Shown here: positions 49,755-59,845 of the stretch, piece by piece
How the letters are laid out: every line of letters begins with the position of its first letter
How positions within the stretch are numbered: position 1 is the first letter of the stretch
Source of the DNA: an uncultured virus (IMG/VR IMGVR_UViG_3300042453_005981)
Taxonomy: Duplodnaviria > Heunggongvirae > Uroviricota > Caudoviricetes
DNA length: 64,000 nucleotides
IMG/VR virus record: IMGVR_UViG_3300042453_005981
Reading direction: 5' to 3' (one strand)
Position numbers and translations under genes: made by a program
Notes under the pieces: generated by a model
Told to the model about the DNA's origin: nothing
The model's database searches: none
Seen by the model: the letters and a program-made list of their open reading frames with translations, nothing else

Positions 49755-50716
49755 ATTGCATTTACTCTCCATTCAATCATTTCATCAATCATGCTTTCAA
49801 AACTGTATTCTGGTTGCCATCCTAATTCAGCTCTGATAGGGAAAGAATCACCTTTTAAGACATTTAATTCTTCTGGTCTTAAAAATCTTTCATCTTGAGT
49901 AACATAATCTAAATAATTCATGTCTAGTTTGTTAAAAACATATTGTGTTAAATCTTTAACTGTTCTGCTTTCGCCAGTTGCAACAACGTAATCCTTAGGG
50001 GATGTATTCTGCATCATTAAATGCATAGCTTTTATATAATCTTTGGAATGTCCCCAGTCTCTAGCGGCGTCTAAATTACCTAACTTTAATTCTGATTTGA
50101 TTCCTTTTTTAATTGTCACAGCCCCTTCCACAACTTTTGCTGTTACAAAATTAGTTGCTCTTTGTGGGCTTTCATGATTGAATAAAACGCCTGAAACTAT
50201 AAACATATCATAAGAATGTTTGTAATTCATTGCCAGATTGTGTGCTACTAATTTTGAACAACCATATGGGCTAACTGGGTGCATTGGTGTGGTTATTCTT
50301 TGGAATCCATCTTCATCAATTGAATTACCGAACATTTCACTTGATGAAGCTTGATAAATTTTTATGTCTTTATCTATTACCCTCACTGCTTCTAAAATAT
50401 TTAAAAAACCTTGAGCATTGACTTGGTTAGTGTATCCAGGCATGTCAAAACTAATTCGTACATGCGATTGCGCTGCAAGGTTATAAATTTCATCTGGTCG
50501 GATTCTATTTATGAGGTTAAAAATACACATAGGGTCAGTTAAATCACCATAATGCAATTTTAATTCTTCAAAATAACTATTCAATCTATAGCTTTGATTT
50601 TGTGGCACAGAATGTCTCCTTACAACTCCATGAACATCATATCCAAGGTCTAAGAGATGTCGCGCTAAATACGAACCATCTTGTCCAGAAATTCCTGTGA
50701 TTAAAGCTTTTTTCAT
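49751..50716 (-). CDS. gmd: GDP-mannose 4,6-dehydratase
   Basis: TGISGQDGSYL, YNLAAQSHV, QASSSE, PYGCSK, FNHESP, RDWGH. Confidence 0.95.
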   Translation of the reverse strand: MKKALITGISGQDGSYLARHLLDLGYDVHGVVRRHSVPQNQSYRLNSYFEELKLHYGDLTDPMCIFNLINRIRPDEIYNLAAQSHVRISFDMPGYTNQVNAQGFLNILEAVRVIDKDIKIYQASSSEMFGNSIDEDGFQRITTPMHPVSPYGCSKLVAHNLAMNYKHSYDMFIVSGVLFNHESPQRATNFVTAKVVEGAVTIKKGIKSELKLGNLDAARDWGHSKDYIKAMHLMMQNTSPKDYVVATGESRTVKDLTQYVFNKLDMNYLDYVTQDERFLRPEELNVLKGDSFPIRAELGWQPEYSFESMIDEMIEWRVNAI

Positions 50717-51615
50717 TTTCTTATTTGTTCATAATTTGTAACAAACCATTCAATTGATTCATTTATTGCATCTTCAAATGGTGTAAAAGTCAAATCTGGG
50801 ATTAATTCTTTTAACCTTGAAATGTCTGTTGGTTTCCTGAATTGTCCATCGGGCTTAGATGAATCGTAAACAATGTTACCTTTAAACCCAAAAGCCTTTG
50901 CAATTGTATAAGCGCATTCCTCAATAGATATTTCATTTCCGTTAGAAACAATTACAGAATCATAATCATGATCAATATTAGTTAGTTGTTTTGTGATTCT
51001 TGCTAAATCCTTGGAATAAATAAATTCTCTCAAGGGTTTGCCAGATCCCCAAATGACAAATTCAGTATTATTCTGTTTAGCCAAAAAACATTTGTGAATC
51101 ATTCCAGGTAAAACATGAGAATTTTGAAGATTATAATAATCATTTAATCCAAAAACATTTGTTGGCACAATTGTGAAGTAATTATGTCCTAACTTTTTAG
51201 CCTCTATACAAAGATGTTGCATCATTCTTTTAGCATAAGCATAAGAATCATTCGTGTAGTGAGGAGGACCCTCAAAAATATACTCTTCCTTTAATGGGTA
51301 CTCTACTTTGTCTGGAAATACACAAGTAGAAGAAAAATTAATAAGTTTTTTTACATTTGTCTTAAGAGCAGCCTCAAAAACAATGTTATTCAAGTTACTA
51401 TTTAACAAATAAAAGTCAATTTTATTGTTGTAATTACTTACAACTCCACCAACTTTAGCAGCTGTGTGTATTATTGTATCAATTTGATTTTCTGTTAAAA
51501 AATTTGAATAATCTTCTAAATTATTAATTCTTTTAGTGTAATCAATAGTTGAAATTTCTGCTTTGATTGCTGATCCTACCAATCCTTTATGTCCAGTGAG
51601 ATTTATTTTAGGCAT
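50713..51615 (-). CDS. fcl: GDP-L-fucose synthase
   Basis: GHKGLVGSA, AAKVGG, SSTCVFP, YAYAKR, PTNVFG, SHVLP, WGSGKPLREF. Confidence 0.92.
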   Translation of the reverse strand: MPKINLTGHKGLVGSAIKAEISTIDYTKRINNLEDYSNFLTENQIDTIIHTAAKVGGVVSNYNNKIDFYLLNSNLNNIVFEAALKTNVKKLINFSSTCVFPDKVEYPLKEEYIFEGPPHYTNDSYAYAKRMMQHLCIEAKKLGHNYFTIVPTNVFGLNDYYNLQNSHVLPGMIHKCFLAKQNNTEFVIWGSGKPLREFIYSKDLARITKQLTNIDHDYDSVIVSNGNEISIEECAYTIAKAFGFKGNIVYDSSKPDGQFRKPTDISRLKELIPDLTFTPFEDAINESIEWFVTNYEQIRK

Positions 51616-51623
51616 ATTAAAAA

Positions 51624-52322
51624 TTATACAATTTTTTTAACGTATGCAGTTGGACAAATGTAGTTTAGAGAAATAATTTCAATATTTTTGTCTTTGAAGA
51701 ATCTGTCTACCCCTTCAGATTCAGACCATTTAGCGTAGCCATATTCATCAAAAATAACTAAGCCGCCAACTGAAACTCTATCCCATAGTGCGCACAATGT
51801 ATCATAAGTTGGCTCACCTAGATCTAAATCTAAATATAAAAGAGAAATTTTAAAACCTGGGTTTTCCTCTACATATTTTAAAGCAGTTTTAGATATGTCT
51901 CCTTGAATTAATTCAAATTCATGTGGCAAAAAGCCATTTGATAAAATATTTGCCTCTAAATAGTTTTTGTAATTTTGCTCGTGTTTAAAGTTGCGCCCAT
52001 TGAAAAGCTCGGACATTGCTTCTTTATCTACACTTTTTAAACTATTTATTAATTCTTCAGAATTGAACATGTCAAAACCAATAACTTTTTTACTGGTGTT
52101 CGGACATAAATATCTTTTTAATTTCAGAAAACTATATATACCAGATCCTTTGAAAACACCACATTCTACAATATCACCTGGGATATTTTTAACACTTTCG
52201 AACAATAAAGTACGTGCTAAAAGTTTACCAAATACTTTGACATCATCACTCATTATAAAGCTATTAAATCCATCATAAAGTGATTGTTCTGAAACAATAA
52301 TTTCTATATTTTCTCTTTTCAT
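51624..52322 (-). CDS. TylF/MycF-family O-methyltransferase
   Basis: PGDIVECGVFKG, GFD.F, LYLDLD, GG...FDEY. Confidence 0.85.
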   Translation of the reverse strand: MKRENIEIIVSEQSLYDGFNSFIMSDDVKVFGKLLARTLLFESVKNIPGDIVECGVFKGSGIYSFLKLKRYLCPNTSKKVIGFDMFNSEELINSLKSVDKEAMSELFNGRNFKHEQNYKNYLEANILSNGFLPHEFELIQGDISKTALKYVEENPGFKISLLYLDLDLGEPTYDTLCALWDRVSVGGLVIFDEYGYAKWSESEGVDRFFKDKNIEIISLNYICPTAYVKKIV

Positions 52323-52323
52323 C

Positions 52324-53112
52324 TTATCCTTGATCCCTATCGGTGTGAAAATACATTAAAGGTTTATTATTTGCAAAACACGATAAATTTCTTGCGCCAA
52401 ATCTGATCCAATCAATGGAAATGTTTTTAAATATATTTCTTTCACTTTCTTTCATGTCTTCAGGGTATTCAAGCCTATATTGAATATCGCTTATTTTATA
52501 CAAATTTTTAGAAATTAACCATGCTTGATAGCTTAATTGGTCGAACACCTCCCAATCACACTTAAAGAAAAAACCTTCATCATATTTTATGTCTTTAAAA
52601 TATGATCCCAAATGCTGATCTACAAACCAAGGTATTGTATTCCAAACAGAATACATTTTTTTGAATTTTTTCAGCTCTTCATTTTCTTTAAAAAACTTTG
52701 AACTTTGGTGTTGAATATTTATCAAGAAATCCACATCTGTAGGATAGCAATATAAAACTTTGTCATTATAGAATCTCATGAATGATTCCTCAAACCCCGT
52801 ATTTATAAATAAACTTTCAGAATCTACACACGCATATCCATAGTATTTTTGCATTTTATAAACTTCATGTAACCCATACATTTTTTTATATGTTACAGGG
52901 CTTCTGCTTGAATTTACATTTGGGCAAATTATAATTTGATGTGGGTTTACTATTTCCTGGTAAAAATTTAATTTATTTTGCTCTTCTTCACTTACAACTA
53001 TATATAAATCAATATCTGGCTTAATCAAATTGTAGCTCTCACATAGTTTTTTTAACCATTCAATTTTTGGAAAATGTATTGGAACAATAATTGCAAGGTT
53101 ATTTCCATTCAT
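52324..53112 (-). CDS. putative GT-A glycosyltransferase
   Basis: AIIVPIH, YKK, CVDSES; ATG 53112 supported by symmetric promoter. Confidence 0.5.
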   Translation of the reverse strand: MNGNNLAIIVPIHFPKIEWLKKLCESYNLIKPDIDLYIVVSEEEQNKLNFYQEIVNPHQIIICPNVNSSRSPVTYKKMYGLHEVYKMQKYYGYACVDSESLFINTGFEESFMRFYNDKVLYCYPTDVDFLINIQHQSSKFFKENEELKKFKKMYSVWNTIPWFVDQHLGSYFKDIKYDEGFFFKCDWEVFDQLSYQAWLISKNLYKISDIQYRLEYPEDMKESERNIFKNISIDWIRFGARNLSCFANNKPLMYFHTDRDQG

Positions 53113-53117
53113 TTCTA

Positions 53118-53129
53118 AATTGTACAATT
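53118..53129. promoter_or_regulatory. palindromic bidirectional -10 element
   Basis: AATTGTACAATT; ATGs at 53112(-) and 53135(+) both 11.5 nt from centre. Confidence 0.8.
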
Positions 53130-53134
53130 AATGA

Positions 53135-53821
53135 ATGGAATTTACTTTTGGGATTTGTGCCTCTCGCTCAAATAAAGACTTACATCAAACTTTAGCCAGA
53201 AGCATTCATCTTTTAAATATACCTAATTATGAAATACTTTTTATCGGTGACATAGAAGATGTAGACAGTAAATCAAAAGTAATTTATTTTGATGAAACAC
53301 AAAAAGAAGGATGGATTACAAAGAAAAAAAATATACTATGCCAAAATGCAAATTTTGAAAATATTGTGCTTTTACACGATTATATAGAATTTGAAGCAAA
53401 TTGGTATAAAGGTTTTTTAAATTTTGGCAATGATTTTGATATTGCAATGAATGTAATTTTGAATAGTAACAATACTAGATTCAGAGATTGGTGTCTGAAT
53501 CCATTTGATATTATACCTCCTAAAGGACCTGTTGTAACAAGAGAATTCTTTTTACCATACAATATCACGCATTTAACAAATTTGATGTATATATCTGGAA
53601 CTTACTGGGTTGCTAAGACTAAATTTATGTTGGATAATCCTTTGGATGAAAATTTGATATGGGGACAAAGTGAAGATTTAAAATGGTCTGAGCAGGTAAG
53701 ATCAAAAACACAATTTAAAATGAACACTAATTCAATAGTCAGATGTATGAAGTTAAAATATTGTGATTTTACTGAAATATCTCCTGAAAATCTTATGAAG
53801 ATAGAAGCTCTTTCATCTTAG
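53135..53821 (+). CDS. GT2-like glycosyltransferase
   Basis: FTFGI, YEIL, GWITKKKN, LLHDY, LDE...WGQSED. Confidence 0.7.
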   Translation: MEFTFGICASRSNKDLHQTLARSIHLLNIPNYEILFIGDIEDVDSKSKVIYFDETQKEGWITKKKNILCQNANFENIVLLHDYIEFEANWYKGFLNFGNDFDIAMNVILNSNNTRFRDWCLNPFDIIPPKGPVVTREFFLPYNITHLTNLMYISGTYWVAKTKFMLDNPLDENLIWGQSEDLKWSEQVRSKTQFKMNTNSIVRCMKLKYCDFTEISPENLMKIEALSS

Positions 53822-54491
53822 TTAAATCCATAGATGTGTCTTTTGGCACGTTATTAGGCGAACACACTTTCTTAACATTTTTATTTGATTGCACAGCTAA
53901 TTCATAAATTGATTTTTTTTCAGTTCCTATATTAAATAAACCTTGAGCATTTTTTTCTATCATTTTTATTATTATATCTGCAATTACATTAGTATAATCA
54001 AAATTGCCAATTCTGTCCACAAAAGCTTCATTATAGGGAAAAGGGAAATTTTTGTGTGTGCATCTTAGTATTAAATAATTATCACAAACTAATTCAATTA
54101 CACAATCTGCAAGAAGTTTTGTCACGGAATACCAATTTTCACTAGGAATTGGAGGCTGTAATTCCGACGGCTCAACTATTGAATTGTTCGCATAAACAAA
54201 ATCGCTACTTATATGAACTAATTTTATATTATTATCTTTGCAAAACAAACACAAATCATACACTGCTTTATAATTTACGTTCCAATGTTCTTCCTTCGAT
54301 TCAGAGTAAGTGTTGGTATTAGCAATACAATTAACAATTGTATCATAGTTCAACATAGTTTTTTTAAAATTTTCAAAATTACAAATATCAAATTTATGAT
54401 CTTTTCTAGACAAGTAGTTCCAATTTGTTTGTTTAGTTATTTCAGTGCCTAATAAACCTTGACCCAAAACTAATATTTTTTTACTGTGCAT
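53793..54491 (-). CDS. RmlD-like sugar-nucleotide reductase (SDR)
   Basis: LG.GLLG, NCIA.T, HISSDFV, YSVTK. Confidence 0.8.
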   Translation of the reverse strand: MHSKKILVLGQGLLGTEITKQTNWNYLSRKDHKFDICNFENFKKTMLNYDTIVNCIANTNTYSESKEEHWNVNYKAVYDLCLFCKDNNIKLVHISSDFVYANNSIVEPSELQPPIPSENWYSVTKLLADCVIELVCDNYLILRCTHKNFPFPYNEAFVDRIGNFDYTNVIADIIIKMIEKNAQGLFNIGTEKKSIYELAVQSNKNVKKVCSPNNVPKDTSMDLTKMKELLSS

Positions 54492-55776
54492 TTGAAAAAC
54501 CTTTAACTACTTTTTCTATGTAATTGAAAACAGAATCACTATAATGCGGCGCAGCTCCAACAAAAAAAACTTTATCTAACACTTGATTCGCTTCTGGATA
54601 TTTATTGAAATCATCTAGGAAACTATATCCAGGATGTAACAGAATATTTCCAGCAAAATAATTTCTTGTTTGTATTTTGTTTTTTTCTAAATAAGAAACA
54701 AGTGATTGTTTAATATCAAAGTTTTCACAAATAAATGGAGTGCCAAACCAACAAGGGTCAGATTTTTCTAAAGTTTTTACCCCTCTTATTCCTTTAATAT
54801 TATCAATAAAAATCTTTTCAATTGTTTGTTTTGATTTTTTTCTTCTTAAATCAATTTCATCAAATTTCTTTAATTGCTCTAAACCTATTGCGCCTTGTAA
54901 ATCTAATGGTTTCAAATTATATCCCATGTTTGCAAAAACGTATTTGTGATCAATTATCCCATGATAATTAGGTAACCAATTATCAAATCTTCTCTGACAT
55001 GTACCACAAGCAGATAAATTTGCAGAACCAACACAATAACAATCTCGACCCCACCATGATAAACTTACAAACAGAGATTTTAATTCGTTGTCGTTGCTAC
55101 AAACCATGCCACCTTCACCAGTAGATATGTGATGCGCAGGGTAGAAAGAGTTTGAAAAAGCAGAGTAGTAATCTGATATATTTTTTCCATCATATTTGCT
55201 ACCCAAACTGTCACAATTGTCTCCAATTAAAATGAGATTGTGTTTGTTTGCTATTTCCTGTAATTTATCCATATCAGGCGGATTACCAAGAACAGGTGAA
55301 ACAAAAATACCTTTTGTTCTAGACGTAATTTTGTTTTCAATTTGTGAAATATCAAAGTTGAGTGTGTCCCACTCAATATCCACAAAAACTGGTTTAAGTC
55401 TATTTTGATATATCACTGAAATTGTAGTGGCAAATCCCACTGGCGACACAATGATTTCATCTTCATCACGCCAATCGTATCTTTTCTTTAAAGCTGCAAT
55501 CAATACTAAATTAGCTGAACTACCAGAATTGACCATATGTGAATGCTTCACTCCAAATTTTTTACTGAATTCATATTCAAATTTGTGTACTTTTTCACCA
55601 GCAGTAATCCATTTACCATTCAAAAAAGAATTTATTGCTGCTTCAATTTCTTTGTTGTCCCAATATGGTCCAGAGTAATAAATAGATGTTTTTCCTTCTT
55701 CAAAAACATCTGAATTGTATATATATGGTGCAACGTGATTGCCCACCAAATTTTGTATGTTTTGTAATTCAACCAC
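54481..55776 (-). CDS. rfbH: RfbH/DdhC-like PLP-dependent DegT family enzyme (3-dehydrase type)
   Basis: NSGSSANL, DNCDSLG, SFYPAHHISTGEGG (His in place of Lys), WGRDCYC..C..C, GYNLK; GTG 55776 start. Confidence 0.85.
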   Translation of the reverse strand: MVELQNIQNLVGNHVAPYIYNSDVFEEGKTSIYYSGPYWDNKEIEAAINSFLNGKWITAGEKVHKFEYEFSKKFGVKHSHMVNSGSSANLVLIAALKKRYDWRDEDEIIVSPVGFATTISVIYQNRLKPVFVDIEWDTLNFDISQIENKITSRTKGIFVSPVLGNPPDMDKLQEIANKHNLILIGDNCDSLGSKYDGKNISDYYSAFSNSFYPAHHISTGEGGMVCSNDNELKSLFVSLSWWGRDCYCVGSANLSACGTCQRRFDNWLPNYHGIIDHKYVFANMGYNLKPLDLQGAIGLEQLKKFDEIDLRRKKSKQTIEKIFIDNIKGIRGVKTLEKSDPCWFGTPFICENFDIKQSLVSYLEKNKIQTRNYFAGNILLHPGYSFLDDFNKYPEANQVLDKVFFVGAAPHYSDSVFNYIEKVVKGFSNAQ

Positions 55777-55781
55777 TTTAT

Positions 55782-55793
55782 AATTGTACAATT
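55782..55793. promoter_or_regulatory. palindromic bidirectional -10 element
   Basis: AATTGTACAATT; GTG 55776(-) and ATG 55799(+) both 11.5 nt from centre. Confidence 0.8.
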
Positions 55794-55798
55794 TGATT

Positions 55799-56464
55799 AT
55801 GCAAGACAAGTTTAATATTTATTTTCATATTGCAGTGGCACAAAATTGGAAGCAAAGTTTTGACAGAGTGAACGGTCATTTAGTTGATTCTGGAATACTT
55901 GAAGACTGTAATGCTATTGTGTATTCAATTAATGGCAATATTAAAGAAGTGGCAGATTATGTAAAGGGTAAAATTGCAAATAACGTTTTGTTTTATGCAA
56001 AAAACACCTATCATGAAGAATTTGAATTTCCAACTATAAACCTTTTAAAATCAGATTGTGAACATGATAATATAAAAGCTCTATACGTTATGTCAAAAAG
56101 TGCAACCACTCCATTTACACAACAACAAAAAGATCATATTGATGTAATGTCGTATTTTAACATTACACAATATAAAAAATGTTTAGAGCTTTTAAATAGT
56201 TATGATGCAGTGGGGGTAGATTATCATGACCATCCATATAAACACTTTAGTGGGAACTTTTTTTGGACAAAATCCTCACATGCTAAAAAACTACAATATT
56301 TGTATTGGGAGCCTTGGCGTGAAAATGCTCCTTTGGGAGAAGAAAGACACGCCGCTGAAGCATGGGTTTGCAAACCAGATGGAAAATATTATTCTTTACA
56401 CAATACTGGTATTCCAGTATTTGAAAGACATATTCATGAATATCCATCATCCAAATATAGATAA
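55799..56464 (+). CDS. putative glycosyltransferase-like protein
   Basis: EFPTI..L, LY..SK, HFSGNFFW, R..AE.W motifs; located in glycan cluster. Confidence 0.55.
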   Translation: MQDKFNIYFHIAVAQNWKQSFDRVNGHLVDSGILEDCNAIVYSINGNIKEVADYVKGKIANNVLFYAKNTYHEEFEFPTINLLKSDCEHDNIKALYVMSKSATTPFTQQQKDHIDVMSYFNITQYKKCLELLNSYDAVGVDYHDHPYKHFSGNFFWTKSSHAKKLQYLYWEPWRENAPLGEERHAAEAWVCKPDGKYYSLHNTGIPVFERHIHEYPSSKYR

Positions 56465-57259
56465 TATTCTTGTTTCAGGAAGCCAATACTCTTTGCTTAT
56501 TTCAAAGTTTTCTTTAATTGCATTTTGATCAATTTCAAACTTTTCATAATTATCAAGCACGTGCACTAATTCATCATAGTCATCCACTTCTATGATTCCT
56601 TTGGTGTTGAAATAATTTGAGATATTTTTGCATCCCCAATAAATTGGAATTGTTCCTGTCGCAAAACAATCTACTATCTTTTCTGTGAAATATGAATTGT
56701 TGCTAACATTTTCAATACAAACATGGAATTGAAAATCTTTCATAGCATCAAGCTTGTAATCTAAAGGTCTAAATTGCGGTCCAAAATTAGTAATGGCTTT
56801 GTGAGTTGAAATTCTATGTCTAAGCACTTGCCCTGCCGTGAATACCTTTGTAGATGTAACCATAGAAACAGAGTTTTTATTCTTTTCATAAACATTACAA
56901 TCTTGCTCTCTAACCCAACATCCACCAACTGGGAAGTTGATTACATTAGGTAAATGTAATAGTCTGTCATCGTGTGTTAAAATTGTTTTAAAATCGGTGT
57001 AGTTTTGAAGTAAATCTTCAACTATGCTATCACCAACCATAAAAGGGCTTTCTAGCACCCATAAAATTTTATTCGGTGCAGAAATATTTTTGGACATTTC
57101 ATAACATGATTCCGTGAAAAAGATTGGTCTTTCGTCAATGATTATTTCTTTTCTTTTCCAATCAAATGGAATAGAAATATCATTGTAAGGACTCCCTGCT
57201 GAAATAGCATGAGAAAATTGAGTGTCAAATATTTGAAAAGAATTTTTTACTGATGTCAT
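56447..57259 (-). CDS. GT10 alpha-1,3/4-fucosyltransferase-like protein
   Basis: FQFHVCIEN...SYFTEKIVDCF..GTIPIYWG alpha-1,3-FucT motif. Confidence 0.85.
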   Translation of the reverse strand: MTSVKNSFQIFDTQFSHAISAGSPYNDISIPFDWKRKEIIIDERPIFFTESCYEMSKNISAPNKILWVLESPFMVGDSIVEDLLQNYTDFKTILTHDDRLLHLPNVINFPVGGCWVREQDCNVYEKNKNSVSMVTSTKVFTAGQVLRHRISTHKAITNFGPQFRPLDYKLDAMKDFQFHVCIENVSNNSYFTEKIVDCFATGTIPIYWGCKNISNYFNTKGIIEVDDYDELVHVLDNYEKFEIDQNAIKENFEISKEYWLPETRILSIFG

Positions 57260-58148
57260 TATATATTATTCCTATTGTGTTATAGCTTGGATGAACTGCC
57301 ACTGAGTTCAAATTAAAAACGAAATTTTTATTTTTATCCGAAACATATTGATTCAAGCCCACTTCATCGAATCCATCCATCACGTATTTTTCAGACATCA
57401 TGCCTTGATAAGCTTCTTTATAAAAACTTGTAGGCATCATATATGCACTATTACAAAAATAAGCTGGATTTGATTGAAGAAGATTGTCTTTAATTTTTGG
57501 ATTTTTCCATGCACTGTTACTTAAAACATAATCCACTAAAAGATTTTGTATTTCACTTGAAACCCTTAATGGGTGTATGCCTTTGTAATAGTGAGTTAAT
57601 TTATTTACTTGATCAAAAAAATCATATGGATTTTCTTTTGAGTAATTTAGAGATTCAAAATTCGCACCCCACATGTTTTCAATTTTAATTTGTTCAAAAA
57701 GCATTCTAAAGTAACTTCTAGTGTCCACGTCACAGAAATAATCTAAAAACGTTTCTATGCTAGGAATTCCTGTGTTAATCAATGGCGCATAGCAAGCAGT
57801 TTTGTTCCAATCAATTTTATCTGCATCAGACAAAAAATTATTCCAAGCTTCAGTGGTTAGAAAAATGTCTTCGTCATACTTGATTATATAATCAGTTTTA
57901 GATTCAGACATTATTCTACATTTATCAATGTAACAAGGTTGCAACTGTATGTAGTTATTGAAAACTATTCCAGATTGTCGAAATTTATTTTCTAATTCGT
58001 CAATGACATTTTTTTTACAAAATATATCATTCAACACATTGATTTGTATTTGAGATTTCAAATCATCATCAATTTTATAAATTTCCTCACAAATTCTTGT
58101 TAAATTTTCTTGTCTTGTATGTGCAATAAAATTAATCTGAAATTTCAT
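57225..58148 (-). CDS. putative GT-A glycosyltransferase
   Basis: YIIKYDEDIF, APLINTG, FDE. Confidence 0.55.
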   Translation of the reverse strand: MKFQINFIAHTRQENLTRICEEIYKIDDDLKSQIQINVLNDIFCKKNVIDELENKFRQSGIVFNNYIQLQPCYIDKCRIMSESKTDYIIKYDEDIFLTTEAWNNFLSDADKIDWNKTACYAPLINTGIPSIETFLDYFCDVDTRSYFRMLFEQIKIENMWGANFESLNYSKENPYDFFDQVNKLTHYYKGIHPLRVSSEIQNLLVDYVLSNSAWKNPKIKDNLLQSNPAYFCNSAYMMPTSFYKEAYQGMMSEKYVMDGFDEVGLNQYVSDKNKNFVFNLNSVAVHPSYNTIGIIYNDISKKFFSNI

Positions 58149-58963
58149 TAATAATTCTTATACGTTTTTTCTTTGATATATTGCTTTAAATGACAGTCTT
58201 TCTTATAACCAACTCGCTTCACTGAACAATAATTTTCAATTAACTTTTGATCAATTTGTGATTCTGTAATGACTGAATTGTGATTATTTATTCTATTTGA
58301 AGGATCAAATGTGCCGAAAAATGGCGGAAACATCCAAGGTTGACCTGTTTTTAATGCCATGTAGCCTGGAAACAATTGTATTAAGTCTCTATTAGGGTAT
58401 ATATCGAATGCATTATCTAAATACATCTGGCACAATCTTACAGCTTCATCAGTGAGAAATGCATACTCCCAGTTACTCACCATTGCATTTTCAACCTCTA
58501 AAAATAAGTTCATTCCTTTTTCATCCCAATTATGTGTTTCATATTGTATTAAAGGATTACCAATTGTAATGTTTGTAAAATCTTTTCCTGTATATGTAAA
58601 GTCCCAATTTGGGCAATTATAAAATTGCAAATAATTGACATTTCTTTCAGGATTAAAAGAATTGATCAAATATTGATTGGCTGAAAATAAACAAAGATGA
58701 TCAAAATCTATAGGATTAGATCGTAAAAAATAAAGTAAATCAACAAAAACTCCAAAAATAAATCTTGATTGATTTACAGGTTGCACCACATGTTTTAATT
58801 TTACATTTGGATGATCAACATATGGATGATTGATTATAATTTCGCAATTCTTGTCAAAATAATTAATATTTTCACACATGTCTTGCAAATCATCATAATC
58901 TTGATTTCTTGCATCTCCAAAAATCAAATACAGTGTTTTTGTTTTTTTTACACAATCTGACAT
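58148..58963 (-). CDS. hypothetical protein in glycan cluster
   Basis: 271-aa ORF in overlapping operon. Confidence 0.6.
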   Translation of the reverse strand: MSDCVKKTKTLYLIFGDARNQDYDDLQDMCENINYFDKNCEIIINHPYVDHPNVKLKHVVQPVNQSRFIFGVFVDLLYFLRSNPIDFDHLCLFSANQYLINSFNPERNVNYLQFYNCPNWDFTYTGKDFTNITIGNPLIQYETHNWDEKGMNLFLEVENAMVSNWEYAFLTDEAVRLCQMYLDNAFDIYPNRDLIQLFPGYMALKTGQPWMFPPFFGTFDPSNRINNHNSVITESQIDQKLIENYCSVKRVGYKKDCHLKQYIKEKTYKNY

Positions 58964-59838
58964 ATTTGTTCTAATCTTTCTCCCACAAGTGAAATTATGT
59001 CTTGCTCATATTTTACTACATATTCTTTCATTTTGTCATCTGAATCTAAATAATGCAAACAGCTTTTGATTGTTTTTTCTTCATTTTCTAGATTGTGTAA
59101 CCATCTTCGCCAAGGAGCATTTTTTTCAATTTGTTCTAAGAAATATGTTTTATCTTCAAGCTTTAAATTGTCAAAAATCACACTATTACTTATGTAAGTA
59201 AATTCAGGGGCGTAATTGTAAGCTGATATACCTAGATCGCACAAGATTTTCAATTCTTCATCAGAATGAAAATCACAATTGTGTCTTTTCACTTTCACTT
59301 TATACTTTTCAGCTTTAGCCACGTAACATTTTGTTTTTTCAATATCAATTGGCGAAATATTTTTACAATCAAAAACCACTGATCCTCCTTGGCACACAAT
59401 ATATTCAACTTTATCCAAAAAAGGTGTAATGTCGTTCAAAGCAATGTCAAACAACAATGTTGAAAATTTAGCAATAAAATCTTCTGTTCCAAATTCAAAT
59501 TTTATATTTTTGTTAGCTTCAGTGAATTCATGCATCCATTTTATACATTCTGAACTATAACGTCCAGAAAAGTACCAGGGATCTATATGAATCATATCAA
59601 ATTTTTCAGCATCGAAGGCAATAATTTTTTTATCAAATTTTTCCATACAAAAATGATCTCTTTCAACTATTAGCTCAGATTTTAAGACTTGATCAATAAT
59701 TGTTTTGCTTACATAACCATTTTCATGATTGAATTGCCGTTGTGAAAGAATAAAACCAATTGGTAATCCACTTTTTAAAATAGATTTAAGAATTGGTTCA
59801 TTTACTGGAGATATAAATAGTTTAGGAAGTTTTTTCAT
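58948..59838 (-). CDS. TIM-barrel protein related to tagatose-bisphosphate aldolase GatZ/KbaZ family
   Basis: SQRQ...GYV, ERDH, IHIDP, FEFGTE, HNCDF, NYAPEF. Confidence 0.6.
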   Translation of the reverse strand: MKKLPKLFISPVNEPILKSILKSGLPIGFILSQRQFNHENGYVSKTIIDQVLKSELIVERDHFCMEKFDKKIIAFDAEKFDMIHIDPWYFSGRYSSECIKWMHEFTEANKNIKFEFGTEDFIAKFSTLLFDIALNDITPFLDKVEYIVCQGGSVVFDCKNISPIDIEKTKCYVAKAEKYKVKVKRHNCDFHSDEELKILCDLGISAYNYAPEFTYISNSVIFDNLKLEDKTYFLEQIEKNAPWRRWLHNLENEEKTIKSCLHYLDSDDKMKEYVVKYEQDIISLVGERLEQICQIV

Positions 59839-59845
59839 TTGATTT

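Noticed and set aside
55777..55809. Overlapping N-terminal extensions of divergent genes in the ORF track (55809- and 55784+; likewise 53127, 61410, 63952)
   Set aside because: These starts fall in or beyond the promoter box (the MYN starts come from TGTACAA); downstream starts fit the promoter spacing
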